Of a stretch of DNA of 64,000 nucleotides, positions 40,176 through 51,491 are shown one piece after another. Made by a program: the position numbers and the translations under genes. The notes below the pieces were generated by a model. That model was not told the DNA's origin and searched no databases. It saw only the letters and a program-made list of their open reading frames with translations. Position 1 is the first letter of the stretch, and the number at the start of each line of letters is the position of its first letter. This DNA comes from Candidatus Latescibacterota bacterium (lineage in GTDB: Bacteria; Latescibacterota; UBA2968; UBA8231): NCBI GenBank assembly GCA_965223905.1, contig CBDCXV010000010.1:1824001-1888000 (forward strand), written 5' to 3'.

Positions 40176-40265
40176 GCCTTTGTTTTCGGTATACGTGAGA
40201 GTGTCCATCAGCTCGCGGCGACGACCCGGTCGCCTTCGCGCGACGAGTATTCCGGAACGGGGTCC

Positions 40266-41384
40266 TCAACTCGCCGGAGGGTTGGCCAGAACCTCTCGCA
40301 GGCACCTGGCCACCGTCTCCAGCTCCGATTCGTCGAGCTGCGCGACATCGACCCGCAGGCCGCGATCTGATCCGGAAAGCGACACCGCTGGGCTCCCGGC
40401 TTCGAGAAGCTCGGCGATGCGATCTCCTCCGAGCGCAAAGTCCGGCGCCAGCTCGATGTAGACGCGGGGCAGCACCGGCCGCGTACGCGGATCGGCCATC
40501 CGCTTCTCAGCCGCTACTCCGCCGATGCCCTCCAGCGCGGCAACGATGAAGTCGGAACGCCGTCCCAGCTCCGCCGTCTCCTCCTCCTCATCGATCGCCA
40601 CGAATCGCTCCAGGGCCACCACCAGCGCCGCGATGTCCTCCTTGCCCACTTTCATGCCCCGAGCAATGGAGCTCACCGGGTTGCCGTTGATCCTGCAGGC
40701 GGCGATCAGGTCGGCGTCACCCAGTATCAGTCCGGTCGCCTGCGGGCCGCGAATCCCCTTGCCGCCGCTGAAGACCACTAGGTTGGCTCCGTCGGCGAGC
40801 GGCTGGGTCAGGTTGCGCCGCGGCGGGAGCTCCGCGGCGGCGTCGACGATGAGCGGGACGCCGGCCGGACGCGTGACGGCGGCGATCTCGGCCACCGTGG
40901 GAGCCTCGTGCATCAGGAAGATCTGCACCGCCGCGGTCTTCTCGCCGATCGCGCCGGCCACGTCCTCGGCCGTCAACGAGGAGTTCGACCTGACCTCGAC
41001 GATGTGGGCACCGGTCGCCCGCATGCCCTGGGTGATGTAGTTGCCGGGACCGGAGGCGCGGGCGATGATCTCGTTCTTCCAGCCTTCCGTCATCGGCAGC
41101 TGGCGCACCCTGTCCCCGTCGGTGCCGGTCAGGCAGGCGGCGGTCGCCTGCACCATGCCGCCGGCCGCGCCCGAGCAGATACAGCACGCCTCGACGCCCA
41201 CCAGCCGGGCGATGTGGGCGCCCGCCCTGTCGAGCAGCTCCTCCAGCTCCACGAAGCAGCGTCCGGCCTCGGCCATCGCCTCGTATGCTTCGGGCGGCAT
41301 CCGCGAGCCCCCCATGGTAGTCACGAAGCCATAGCTGTTGATGTACTTGCGGACGCCGAGCCGGTCGTAGATATCCATCGCCAT
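40266..41384 (-). CDS. SelA/DgaE-like PLP-dependent enzyme
   Basis: IYDRLGVRKYIN..G..T.MGGS, VDAAAE, FSGGKGIRGPQ.TG, RGMKVGKE. Confidence 0.85.
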   Translation of the reverse strand: MAMDIYDRLGVRKYINSYGFVTTMGGSRMPPEAYEAMAEAGRCFVELEELLDRAGAHIARLVGVEACCICSGAAGGMVQATAACLTGTDGDRVRQLPMTEGWKNEIIARASGPGNYITQGMRATGAHIVEVRSNSSLTAEDVAGAIGEKTAAVQIFLMHEAPTVAEIAAVTRPAGVPLIVDAAAELPPRRNLTQPLADGANLVVFSGGKGIRGPQATGLILGDADLIAACRINGNPVSSIARGMKVGKEDIAALVVALERFVAIDEEEETAELGRRSDFIVAALEGIGGVAAEKRMADPRTRPVLPRVYIELAPDFALGGDRIAELLEAGSPAVSLSGSDRGLRVDVAQLDESELETVARCLREVLANPPAS

Positions 41385-41409
41385 TCTCCCGGTGGATCTG
41401 GGTAGGTCG

Positions 41410-42498
41410 CTACTTGGCGTAGCGGATCCAGATCCTCACCGACTGCAGTACCAACGCCGGCGCAGTTTCGCGACGCACCGGGCGCACCAGCAGTTCGTTG
41501 GAGCCTCTACAAAGACAGCTGGCCTCAAGCATGACTCCTTCGTATAAACCCCATTTTGAGGATGTTCAGCGATTCAGCACATTAGAGCGCCACTATATAT
41601 TGGCCAACTAAGACAAAGCATACACTATATGTTGTATGACAAACGGGCATTCTGAGCGACGTAGAGTTTTTACGAGAGAATCAAGCATGAATTCGACCGG
41701 ATCCCAATCCAGGGGCTCCGCGCGGGTTCTCGACGGGTAGAGATTCCACGCGCCGTCGTAGTGCTCCTCCGTCCACGGCTGGTCCGGAGTCCGGCGCTGA
41801 TCCCACGATAGCTCGATCCCGTTCAGCTGGACTTCGACCTCGTCCTCCTCGTCCAGCTCCGCGAAGGCCAACCCCAGCACGTAGCTCTCCAGCGCGGCCT
41901 CTGCCTCCGCCGCCGCGACATCGTCGGCCAAGTCGAAGGTGAGCCGGGCACCCTCGCCAGCGCGGGTCTCCTCCAAGCGGACCGGCAGCTGCTCCAGCGG
42001 CATGCAGTAGCGGAAGGCGTGGCCTATCTGGGAATCGACCGACGGCGGGTTCCCGTGGTCGATCTGGTACTGCTTGCTCAGCCGGGCGAGCTTCGCCGGA
42101 TCGGCCAGCTCTCCTATGGTATGCGTCTTCCAATCCGCCGACATATTGTAGAAGTTGAAGAAGTACAGCCCGTCGGCGCCGGGCGCAACCCCTCGAAGCA
42201 ACCCAGGACCTGGCATCCCGTCCCCTCGGCTACGGCCGCGAACTCGGCCACCTTGGCTTCGAACGGCCGGAATCCCAGTCCGGTGACCACGATGTCGACC
42301 AACCTCTCCTTTATCCAGCGCTCCGCCTCCATGCCCAGGCGCTCGGAGTCGTAGAGAGTCGAGGCGACGCGCACCTCCAGCTCCAGGGCGCGCCCCTTGG
42401 CCTTGCCGATCTCGTCCACCCGCGCCCGCAGCTGTCGCACCATGTCGGTGAGCAGATGGCGGTTGGCGTAACCCTGCTCCGGCCGGAAGACGCCGTCC
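41410..42498 (-). pseudogene. C-terminal remnant of a GHL10-like TIM-barrel hydrolase
   Basis: GMEAERWIKERLVDIVV, GADGLYFFNF, GSNELLVR; frameshift, MITE insertion, 5' part missing. Confidence 0.6.
41533..41682. mobile_element. ~150-bp MITE-like insertion
   Basis: AT-rich; TCAAGCATGA duplicated at 41525-41534 and 41681-41690; imperfect IRs GACTCCTTCGTATAAAC / GATTCTCTCGTAAAAAC; removal restores FMLEASCLCRGSNEL. Confidence 0.75.
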
Positions 42499-42687
42499 TA
42501 CTCGACACCAGACACCCAAGCGATTTAGACTATCTATAATGTCGCTTATCGTTCCTAACCGTCCGCGGTGACGAGGGTTCGCTTGAAGTTCATGGCTTTG
42601 CTGAAGATTCTCTGTGACCGATGTGTTTACCTGCTCTGAAGTCTAGCGCAGTCTCCGTGCCCGCACAATCGCAAGGATCCGACTCAA

Positions 42688-44682
42688 ATGGCCGATGACC
42701 ACGAGCCGGCCGGCGAGCTCTCCACGGACTCGCGCGGCGTCAGTCTGCGTTCCGTCGCCATCGGCGGAGCGGCAGCCCTCTTCATCGGGGTGTCGCTGCC
42801 TTACACGAACATGGTCATCAAGGGCGGCCTCCTCGCCCACAACCACAACGCACCGGCAGCCCTGTTCGTGTTCTTTCTCTTCGTCGGCCTCGTGCACACG
42901 GCCACGGCCGCGATCAAGCGCGGCTGGTCTTACACGCGCTCGGAGCTCACGACCATCTACGTCATGGCCCTGGTGGCCACAGCGATTCCGACCATCGGCT
43001 TCTCCGAGTACCTCCTGCCCATCATCGCCGGTTTCACCTACTACGCCACGCCTGAGAACAACTGGCAGGCAACCTTCCAACCCCTGCTGCCGAGTTGGGC
43101 GGTGCCACAGGACGATGTCGCCGTGCGCCATTTCTTCGAGGGTCTGCCAGACGGCCTGCCCCTGCCCTGGGGCGCCTGGCTCGAACCCCTGCTCTGGTGG
43201 GTCGTCTTCATCCTCGCCGTCTACTGGACGTCGGCCTGCTTGATGGTGATCGTGCGCCGGCAGTGGATGGAACGGGAGAAGCTCCTCTATCCCCTCATCC
43301 AGGTTCCCCTGGAGATGATTCGCGACGAGCCCGGGCGCCCATCGCTGCTCAAGCCCTTCTTCCGGAACCCGGTGATGTGGATCGGCTTCGCCGTTCCGTT
43401 CTTGCTGGGGTCCTACCACTCTCTCAACGAGTACTTCCCTGCGCTGATGCCCGCCGCGGGCCAGGGATCGCTGACGACGTCCTACCAGCTCTTCCGCGGC
43501 ACCACACCGCTCGTCGTCATGCTCAATTTCGGCCTCATCGGCTTCGCCTTTCTGCTGCGCCGCGATCTCGCTCTGGGTCTGTGGGTGTTCTGTCTGCTCG
43601 CCGTGATCCAGCGCGGCACCTTCAACGTCCTCGGAATCGCCAGCACCGAGACCCTGAGCCGCTTCGCCAACCACAGCGGCCCCTACCTGGCCCATCAGGC
43701 CATGGGCGCGATGACGGTGCTGGTGCTGTCCGTTCTCTGGCACGGGCGAGCCCATCTGCTCGACGTCTGGCGCAAGGCCGTAGGCCGCGACAACGCCGTC
43801 GACGACAGTGACGAGATCCTCTCGTACCGCACCGCCGTAATCGGCCTGATCTTTGGCGTAACCGTCGTCGGCGTCTGGATGTGGCAGGCGGGACTGCCTG
43901 GGTGGCTCGTGCCCGTTTTTCTGTTCGCCGTGTTCATCGTCTTCATGGCGCTGACCCGAGCCGTAGTCGAGGGCGGCGTCGCCGTCATCCGCACGCCCCT
44001 TACTCCGGCCGACTTCGTCATATCCGGATTCGGCACGAACGCCGTCAGCGGCTTCGGCGTCGCCTCGCTGGGCCTGACGTACGTCTGGGCGGCCAACATC
44101 CGCATCTTCTTCATGCCGGCCTTCGCCAATCTCCTGCGCCTCGTTCACGGCATCGACCGCGGCAAGTCGCGCTTGAAATGGGCCGTCGGATTGGCCGTGA
44201 TCGCGGCCCTCAGCGGATCCCTGTGGAGTGTCTTCGTGCTCTCGTACGAGCACGGCGGCGTCAACCTGCACGGCTTCTGGTTCATCCAGGTGCCGCAGCT
44301 GGCGGGCAACTACATGGTGCAGTTCCTGGCCGACCCGATCCCACCCGATTGGGGGGGTTGGGGGTTCACTCTGATCGGGGGCCTCGTTCAGATGCTCCTC
44401 GTCGTCGCCCGCGCCCAGCTCGCCTGGTGGCCCCTGCACCCGCTCGGCTTCGCGGTCAGCACCTTCTTCATCATGACCTACGTGTGGTTCAGCGTCATGA
44501 TCGCCTGGGTGGTCAAGTCTGCCGTGCTGCGGTACGGTGGCCCCGCCCTCTACCGGAAAACGCGACCGTTCTTCCTGGGCTTGATCCTCGGACAGATCTC
44601 GGTGTCGGGAATGTGGCTCATCATCGACCACTTCACCGGAATGGTGGGCAATTCGCCCATCGGGGGGGGGTCGTTCGTTTGA
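42688..44682 (+). CDS. DUF6785/DUF6784-like membrane protein, copy 3
   Basis: YYATPENNW, IVRRQW, DDSDEILSYR, WWPLHPLGF, YGGPALYRKTRPFFLGLILG. Confidence 0.85.
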   Translation: MADDHEPAGELSTDSRGVSLRSVAIGGAAALFIGVSLPYTNMVIKGGLLAHNHNAPAALFVFFLFVGLVHTATAAIKRGWSYTRSELTTIYVMALVATAIPTIGFSEYLLPIIAGFTYYATPENNWQATFQPLLPSWAVPQDDVAVRHFFEGLPDGLPLPWGAWLEPLLWWVVFILAVYWTSACLMVIVRRQWMEREKLLYPLIQVPLEMIRDEPGRPSLLKPFFRNPVMWIGFAVPFLLGSYHSLNEYFPALMPAAGQGSLTTSYQLFRGTTPLVVMLNFGLIGFAFLLRRDLALGLWVFCLLAVIQRGTFNVLGIASTETLSRFANHSGPYLAHQAMGAMTVLVLSVLWHGRAHLLDVWRKAVGRDNAVDDSDEILSYRTAVIGLIFGVTVVGVWMWQAGLPGWLVPVFLFAVFIVFMALTRAVVEGGVAVIRTPLTPADFVISGFGTNAVSGFGVASLGLTYVWAANIRIFFMPAFANLLRLVHGIDRGKSRLKWAVGLAVIAALSGSLWSVFVLSYEHGGVNLHGFWFIQVPQLAGNYMVQFLADPIPPDWGGWGFTLIGGLVQMLLVVARAQLAWWPLHPLGFAVSTFFIMTYVWFSVMIAWVVKSAVLRYGGPALYRKTRPFFLGLILGQISVSGMWLIIDHFTGMVGNSPIGGGSFV

Positions 44683-44704
44683 CTCAGACCGAGACCTGCA
44701 TGCC

Positions 44705-44753
44705 GTCGTAGGCGAGCTCGAATCCGCGACGCGAATGCCGTGCCGCCTACGAC
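44705..44753. repeat. Inverted repeat GTCGTAGGCG...CGCCTACGAC between convergent genes (REP-like or terminator)
   Basis: Perfect 10-bp arms seen directly. Confidence 0.4.
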
Positions 44754-44840
44754 ACCGCGGAACTCAGTGCCGGTCATGTTGATTGTGGACTGCTCCCTTG
44801 ACGCGCGCTCCGGGGGTGGAGCTGGGGAGCTCTGTCTGCC

Positions 44841-46840
44841 TCAATAGGCCACCGCGACGACGCCGCTGTTGGTCTCCTTACCTGACTGCACGTCCACCAC
44901 GAGCCGGTACAGATACAGCCCGGGCGGCACGAGCTCGTCCGAGTCGTCCCGGCCGTCCCACGCGTGGCTGTACTCACCGACCGGATCCTCCCCTTCGTAG
45001 ACCCTCCTCACCTGCCGGCCCGACAGATCGTAGATCTCGAGCGAAACCGGCACCGCCGAGGTCAACCGCAGCAGCTTGTAGGATATGTTCGCCGCCTCAT
45101 TCACCCCGTCGCCGTTCGGCGTAAACGGATTCGGCGAAATCTGAGGTGAAAACACCAGCGATTCGCTCAGAGCTGTTCTAACCGACAAACGATCACCTTC
45201 GATCTCATCGGTAGCATTGCCCGGCACAACCCGCTGCCTCACCTCGTGCGGCCTGGTCGTGTCGAACACTCTGCCTGCAAACTCGGTGCCCACTTCTCTC
45301 AGTACCGGAGCGGTGAACACCACCTCCACCAGCGCCCCGGTTTGGGTCGAATCCAGCCGGCTCGGGAGCAGGACTTCGAACCCCAGACTATCTTCGTGGA
45401 TGGTCGACGAGAAATCCTCCTGATCGACGCCGGCTATGCGCAGCGAATCGACCGACACCACCCCTGAAGGCGTCGCGATCTCCACCCCGTCAAAGCTTCT
45501 CTCGCCGGACCGGATCGTCGGACTGAGGTAATACGTAAACTGCGTCGCTTCGCCCACCCGGGTCTGGATCGGGTGAATCTCCCCTACCAGGCGGTGGACC
45601 AGCGGCGGTACCGATGCCTTGAACTCTATGTAGTCGAGCTTGCCCCCCTCCGCGACGGTGGTGGAGGCAAAATCCACTCTGATCTGGACGAACTTTCGAG
45701 GGCCGGGGGATACGATAGGGACCCCGGGATTCCCGAACCCATACGGACGCGAATAGAAGCTCCAGTGCTCCGTGTCGGGAGTAATCGGGTCCCCCCGTAC
45801 GCCGCCCACGTAGCCGCCGAGCTCCTTGGGCGGCTCGGGGTCCGGTTTGTCAGAATTTGGCAGTCTGTCATACTGGCTCTTGTACTCCGTCATACTCAGG
45901 TCGCCGCCCCCCAGCAGAAACCTGACGACGTCATGCTGCTCGTGGCGGACCTCCCAGAAAATGACCGGGTGCGGGTCGGCGCCTGCCCGGGTGCGGATGG
46001 CGACCCGGGCGCGGGGATCCTGCCGTCCAGACCAGCGGATCTCGCCCAGACTGGCGATGTCGTCCAGCTCGATGACGTCGGATTCATACGAGGCCTGCTT
46101 CGCGTACCCTCCTCCGTACAGCTCGAACGCAGCCAACCCGATCTCCTTGGGCGTCTCCCGCAGGATCAGCAACTGAACGAAGTTGGTCGTCACCGGAGGA
46201 TCGAGCTTCAAGCTGACGTCGGGTTCGGTGTTGTCTTTCACCTCCACAACAGGTGCGAGCTCCCCGGTCCAGTTACAGCATGGGATAACCTCGTCGCCGG
46301 CACCGAAGACGAATCGCTCCAGGAAGTGGCCCGTGCTGTCCGGCAGAGTCCGGAATCTCACTTCCCTGATGTGGAATCGCCCGCCCAAATTGAAATTCAC
46401 ATGCAACGCTGCAAAAGGGTCGTTACAACAGGAGGCGCGAAGGTCGAGGAACGCCTGAGTTTGGGCCGGCCACGAGTACCCCGTATTCGGATCCTGATCG
46501 ACCAGTGCATTTGCTTCCGTTTGGTCGAAGGTACCTTTGCCAGCCCGCCGCTGCGCGACCACCCAGCCGCCTCTGCTCAACATCGATGCGGCAATATCGT
46601 CGTCTCCCCCGATGAAATTGGGCTGCAGGATACCGACCTGTAGCGAGTCCGGATCGAGGGCATCCTCCAGCTGCGAGTTCTCCGACCACCCGAGCTCCCT
46701 GAGCTCAATGCCGATCCCCTCCAGGCTATCCCTTTCCGCCTCGGAAAAGGGCTGGCCGATGCGGTAGATGGTCACACCCGAAGCGACGCGCGCATTGAGA
46801 GCGAGGGCCATCGAGACAAGCAGGAGAATTCCCGTCGTCA
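44841..46840 (-). CDS. Secreted FlgD-Ig CTD protein (paralogue D); start uncertain
   Basis: NLGGRF, FELYGGGY, YESDVIEL, TRAG, SPGPRKFVQ, GEIHP, PNPFTPNGDGVNE; ends VAY*. Confidence 0.8.
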
Positions 46841-47184
46841 TCTGGCAGAGAGATTTGGAGGAGGTGGATAGCATCGAATACGTCAAGCGTCCTCGGATTG
46901 TGAATGTCCGGGCTGCGGCTTGCTGCGCGAGGATGGTCTGTTGATGCAGCCGAACGCACAATGAAAGTAAGCAATTGTCGGGGGAGGAACAAAGGGATGC
47001 GGTGCGATTAGCGTGGCAGGCTGTTGGGCGAGCTGTCGGTCGTTCTCCTCATCCAGTTGGCGGCCACGGGTCCAGACAGGCACCGGACGGTCGCGAACCT
47101 GTCGGCCTCCAGCGCAGCTCGTCGTACGACTCGTACGCCACGTCGAGCCAGTCGGTCTCGAGCTGACGGTGATTCTCGTAGCGC

Positions 47185-48012
47185 GACGTCAAGGTGGCCG
47201 CCCATACTGCCCTCCTGAATCAGCGTGTGTCCGGCGTCTTGCAGCGCGAACCACTCCGGATGCTGCTTGCCGAAGCGACTCGGCCAGTCGTTGAACGAGT
47301 GCATGCCGATCGGGCTGCCACCCGGCGCGCCCCAGCGCATGCGGCGCCACCAGGTCCAGATGTCGAGGTGGGTGAAATCCGCCTCGTCGTGATACGAGTT
47401 GAAGGCGAACCGCGTGTCGAAGGTCGGTGCGCCGCCCCAGCGTACTCCATCGACAGCCAGCGTCGCGTGTTCGGGCACAACCCTGCCCAGCTCGCCAGGC
47501 CAGTACCAACGCACACCGACGACGCGTTCGAGAAACTCATAGACCGCGTACAGTGTGCCGAAGGGGAGCAGAATGTTGGACGCTGGATCCGGGTCGAATT
47601 CCGAGTCGCCGCCGCTCACCACCAGGGCCTGACCGGCGCGCGACACGACCCAGTTGTCAGGCGCCAGATAGCGAGGTGCCAGCCCCAAGCGCTCCGTCAG
47701 CTCTGTCGTACCCACCTGGATCGTCGGTCCCGTGATCGGCTGGCCGTCCTCGGCCACGGGAAGCTCAGTGCCGGTACTGAGCTCGAGATGCTCGTTCAGC
47801 TCCTTCACTGCGTAGCGGACGGTGTGAGTGGCGTTCCTGCCGATCACGATGGTCGCGGCAGGCTCGCCGTCCCGGACCAGGACGAGGGTGCCGTTTGCCG
47901 GTTCCAGGCCGGCGACCCGGTTGGGCTGCTGTGGGGCCTCCTTCGAGAGCAAGGCGCCCGGACGGACGGCCAGGCAGCAGACGGCGAGTGCGATAAGGCG
48001 GAAGAATCGCAT
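47185..48012 (-). pseudogene. DUF4838-like secreted glycoside hydrolase, C-terminally truncated
   Basis: Signal peptide; LVRDGEPAATIV, AVKELNEHL..STG, GTLYAVYEFLE..VGVRWYWPG, HPEWFAL, then an abrupt loss of similarity. Confidence 0.7.
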
Positions 48013-48024
48013 GTGTTGGCCTCC

Positions 48025-49098
48025 TTACTCTCTCAAGCTCAGCTCTGCCATGTAGATCGAACAGGGCGCGGCACCCGAGCGGCTGCCCTCGTGGCTGGAA
48101 TAGTACGAAAGCAGCCCTCTCGTGGGGCTGAGCTCGATGAACCCGGGATAGGAGTTGTCCCCGCCGCTGGGCAGTTCCGCGGCATCGACCAGACGCTCGC
48201 CATCCAACCAGTACAGGACCGTCCGGGGATCGTCCGGTGGGACGGCATCGGGCTCGGTGAAGAAGTTCAACGGATACCGGCCAGATACCGGCTCGAAGGG
48301 TTTGCGCCCCCCGACCAGGTACCGGGCACCCCATTTGACCAACAGCGGGCCGCCGATAAAGCAATCCAGGTCGGTTCGGACCCACTCGGAATACGGCGGT
48401 TTGGAGCGGCAGAGTTGTGAGCTATCCATAGTGCACCGGGCAACCGCCAACACGCTACCGTCCGGCTCGAACAGAAAAGCTGTCTCGTTTCCGTGCGTCG
48501 TTTGAAACAGGGCGTGCGTCCGCCAAATGAGCCCGTCGTCGCTTGCCAGCATAGCGGATTCGTGGAAGGATCGATCGTCGGCCTGCAGCTCGACGAACCC
48601 GCGCTTTCGCCGGCCACACAGGTACGCGGTCCCGCCGTGCGCCGCTGCTCGCCAGATGAAATGCCCGTAGGTTCCCTCCAGCGCGATCGGTTCGCTCCAC
48701 GAGCGGCCGTCGGCGCTCACAGCCGCATACCCAAGCTGCTGGTTCATCTCGGGGTGCCTCCAATTACCCTCTGGCGCCAAATCTCCGCAGTACGCCAAAT
48801 CTCCGCAGTACCAGGTGCCGGTGTAGACGAACAATTGGTCTTTGAAACTCAGGAAATGCGCATCGCGTACATCCCGATCAGGCACGCTGAACGCATGCAC
48901 CTGCTCCCACTCCACTCCATCGCCGCTGCAGAGGACGACGACGCGGGAGGTGGGGAACACCATGTGTCCGTCCGGACACGAGCGGAAGCACAGATACATC
49001 TTGCCGCCGAAACGGCACATGTCGGTAAATGCGTTGTGATTCCCGTCGTCGAAAATTTTGCGCACCGAATCGACGTGTATTTCTGGTAATTTGGTCAT
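48025..49098 (-). CDS. Sialidase/BNR-like beta-propeller protein
   Basis: HNAFTDM, DVRDAHF, SADGRSW, SDDGLIW, GNET, LPSGGDNSYPG, SYYSSHE. Confidence 0.8.
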   Translation of the reverse strand: MTKLPEIHVDSVRKIFDDGNHNAFTDMCRFGGKMYLCFRSCPDGHMVFPTSRVVVLCSGDGVEWEQVHAFSVPDRDVRDAHFLSFKDQLFVYTGTWYCGDLAYCGDLAPEGNWRHPEMNQQLGYAAVSADGRSWSEPIALEGTYGHFIWRAAAHGGTAYLCGRRKRGFVELQADDRSFHESAMLASDDGLIWRTHALFQTTHGNETAFLFEPDGSVLAVARCTMDSSQLCRSKPPYSEWVRTDLDCFIGGPLLVKWGARYLVGGRKPFEPVSGRYPLNFFTEPDAVPPDDPRTVLYWLDGERLVDAAELPSGGDNSYPGFIELSPTRGLLSYYSSHEGSRSGAAPCSIYMAELSLRE

Positions 49099-49821
49099 GC
49101 TCTGCCTTTCCGGTTGACCGGGATCTCCCATAGTGCCGCCGTCACCGCACGGCGTGCCGTTTCGCAGGCAGCGCCCGGGAATCGCAGTATGGATCTGACG
49201 GGCATTGAGAAAGAAAAGGAAGGTTCGATTGGTCTGGGCCGCAATTACCTGACTCGATCCCAACGCCAGATGTTGACGTAATCCTGTTCCGACGGACGAT
49301 CCTCCGGCGGCACCATAGTCAGCTGGTAGAGGTCTCCGGTTGAATCAGCGATGTAGAAATCGCCGGTTTCTGACCGGAGTCTCGCAGGCTCCGCCTACAT
49401 GTTACTGAGAATCCGCCCCCGCTCGCCAATCAGCGAGAAGATAACCCCCCATACCCCGTTCACGGTGACCTCCCCGAGGATGAGGCCGAGAAAAAAGGGC
49501 TTGAGGTTCTGATAGAGTCGGGCGCCGCCGTAGTGCATGATGGTAAGCTTGATGCCCCAGGCCACGAGGGAGGTGAACCAGATGTAGCCGGTGAGCCAGC
49601 CGACGCTGAGGGCGAATCCGAGGGGGTGGAAGGGCCACCAGGACCAGCGATACTGGGCCCACGAGAGAAATCCCGACCCGAGGCCGCCGATCGTCTTGAA
49701 GAGCCAGCCGCGCATGTTCGCCTCAGGCGTCCCGACGATCTCTCTGGCGATGCGCGGCCATCCGTGAGCGCCGGTCCAGCTGATGCCTTCTAGATTGATG
49801 GCGCCATAGGCGTAGCATAAG

Positions 49822-51491
49822 CCTGAATCCGTGATCACTTCTATAGCAAATGGTCAAGTTTGATATTTAGCATGATCAGGCACTTCTCAACAGAGGATTT
49901 GGGTGTCAACGACTCGCCATTACGGCTGATGCCGCTGTCGGTGGCTCTCGACGTCGGTGGGAGTCGCAAGAACGGGCATACGGGTGCCTTGCGTACGGCG
50001 GAGAGTCGAGTGCGGGTGAGATCGTCGCCTTCAGGTGCACACACGCAGGTAGGTCCGTCTCCAGACATCGAACCAGGGATTGAAACACCCGAAGCTGAGG
50101 CCGAAACGGCGCGCATGCCGGACCCAGCGGGCCGCTTGGTACATGAGATCGAGAAGGACGCTGCGGAGACGACGACGGCCGGCCTTTTTACGAAAAGCCA
50201 CGTGCTTTTCGGGGGGCAGATTGCCGGACTCGCGCAGACCGATTTGGCCGCACAGGCGCAGAGCGTTGTAGGCCATCATGGCCAGCAGCAGCAGGAGCGC
50301 GTTGGTGGCGAACTTGCCCGACGGCAGGCGTTCCAGATCCAGGTCCGTTTTCAACTCGGAGTGGAATTGCTCGCAGGTGCTGTGCTCGCGGTAGAGCCGG
50401 ATCACGTGCGCCGGCGGCGCCATCAGGTTGGTCCACCAGGTCTGCACCTCGATTTCGGGGATCAGCAGCGCCTGACCGTCGACGCTGATCGTGCGCCGCA
50501 CGACCTCGTAAACGACGCGTTCGAAGGTGTCCTTGCGCTCGCACACCAGCGAGCCGGTGAAGATCTCCTTGCCGGGCCGCGGACAGGTGCGCTCGCCCAG
50601 GGCTTCGGCGTCCTCCAGCCAGGTCTGTTTCGATTCGCTGCGCAGGTTGCGTTTGACGATGAAGTCGGTCTTGGGAGTGCGGCGCAACTGCTGTACGGTG
50701 GCGATGTCGTCATGGGCGCTGTCCATGCGCACCAGCAGCTTTTCCTTGGTGATGCGGCGCGCCAGCCGCAGCGTCTCTCGAATAAAGTCCGGGGCTCCTT
50801 CCTGGGAGTGCTGACTGCCTTCGCGCAGCTGGCAGTTGAGCAGATACCCTTCCTCGCCCAGGTAGGCGAAGATCGGGGCAAAGCCGTCGACCTTCTTGTA
50901 GGTCCACGACACCCCTTGTTTTTTGGTGTGGGAGTTGTCGAACACCGACACGTCGATATCCAGCGCGATCCAGGGACCGTAGCGCCCGTCGGCGACTTCG
51001 TAACAGGGGGTGAGCGGCGGCGCGTGACGGGCCACCATGTCGGCCGACTCCTCTCGAATGGCGGTCTCCCCCTGTGCGCCCAAGCCATCGAGCCGCTGCC
51101 GCAGCGTGGCCGCCGACGGCACCGCATCCAGGCCCAGGGCCTGGGCGAAGAAGGGATCGGTGCGAAACGCTTCCACCGCCTCGAAATCCGGCTTGCCCAG
51201 CGCCAGCAAGCCGATCATCGACGTCATCACGTCGCCGTGAGAAACCTCGGGGCAGGGTCGCTCCGGCAAGAGGATTTCATCCACCCGCGCGGCCAAGCGC
51301 GTGCGTCCCATCAAGGCCCCGATCAAGGCCAAGCCCGAATGCGAGGTCAGCGCTTCTTCGCCCTGCGTAACTTCATACGAAACCAGTCGCAATTCTTCAC
51401 CTCCAAGGTGAGTGGATATCCTCCTCTAAGATAGCCCACATTCCCCTCGGAAAACCACCGAAAATCAAGCTCTGGACTTCACGGATTCAGG
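49822..51491 (-). mobile_element. IS1380-family IS
   Basis: IRs CCTGAATCCGTGA / TCACGGATTCAGG; 5-bp TSD ATAAG (49817-49821, 51492-51496). Confidence 0.95.
50031..51392 (-). CDS. tnp: IS1380 DDE transposase
   Basis: LTSHSGL, PSAATLRQ, LDIDVS, LREG, VRMDSAH, YREH..CEQFHSELK, FATN. Confidence 0.9.
   Translation of the reverse strand: MRLVSYEVTQGEEALTSHSGLALIGALMGRTRLAARVDEILLPERPCPEVSHGDVMTSMIGLLALGKPDFEAVEAFRTDPFFAQALGLDAVPSAATLRQRLDGLGAQGETAIREESADMVARHAPPLTPCYEVADGRYGPWIALDIDVSVFDNSHTKKQGVSWTYKKVDGFAPIFAYLGEEGYLLNCQLREGSQHSQEGAPDFIRETLRLARRITKEKLLVRMDSAHDDIATVQQLRRTPKTDFIVKRNLRSESKQTWLEDAEALGERTCPRPGKEIFTGSLVCERKDTFERVVYEVVRRTISVDGQALLIPEIEVQTWWTNLMAPPAHVIRLYREHSTCEQFHSELKTDLDLERLPSGKFATNALLLLLAMMAYNALRLCGQIGLRESGNLPPEKHVAFRKKAGRRRLRSVLLDLMYQAARWVRHARRFGLSFGCFNPWFDVWRRTYLRVCT

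Noticed and set aside
40266-41384. True selenocysteine synthase selA
   Set aside because: It is short and DgaE-like, and there is no selB or selC nearby
29000-49400. Integron cassette array or shufflon explaining the mosaic
   Set aside because: Mixed orientations, no recurring attC or sfx-like site found at the junctions, no tyrosine recombinase
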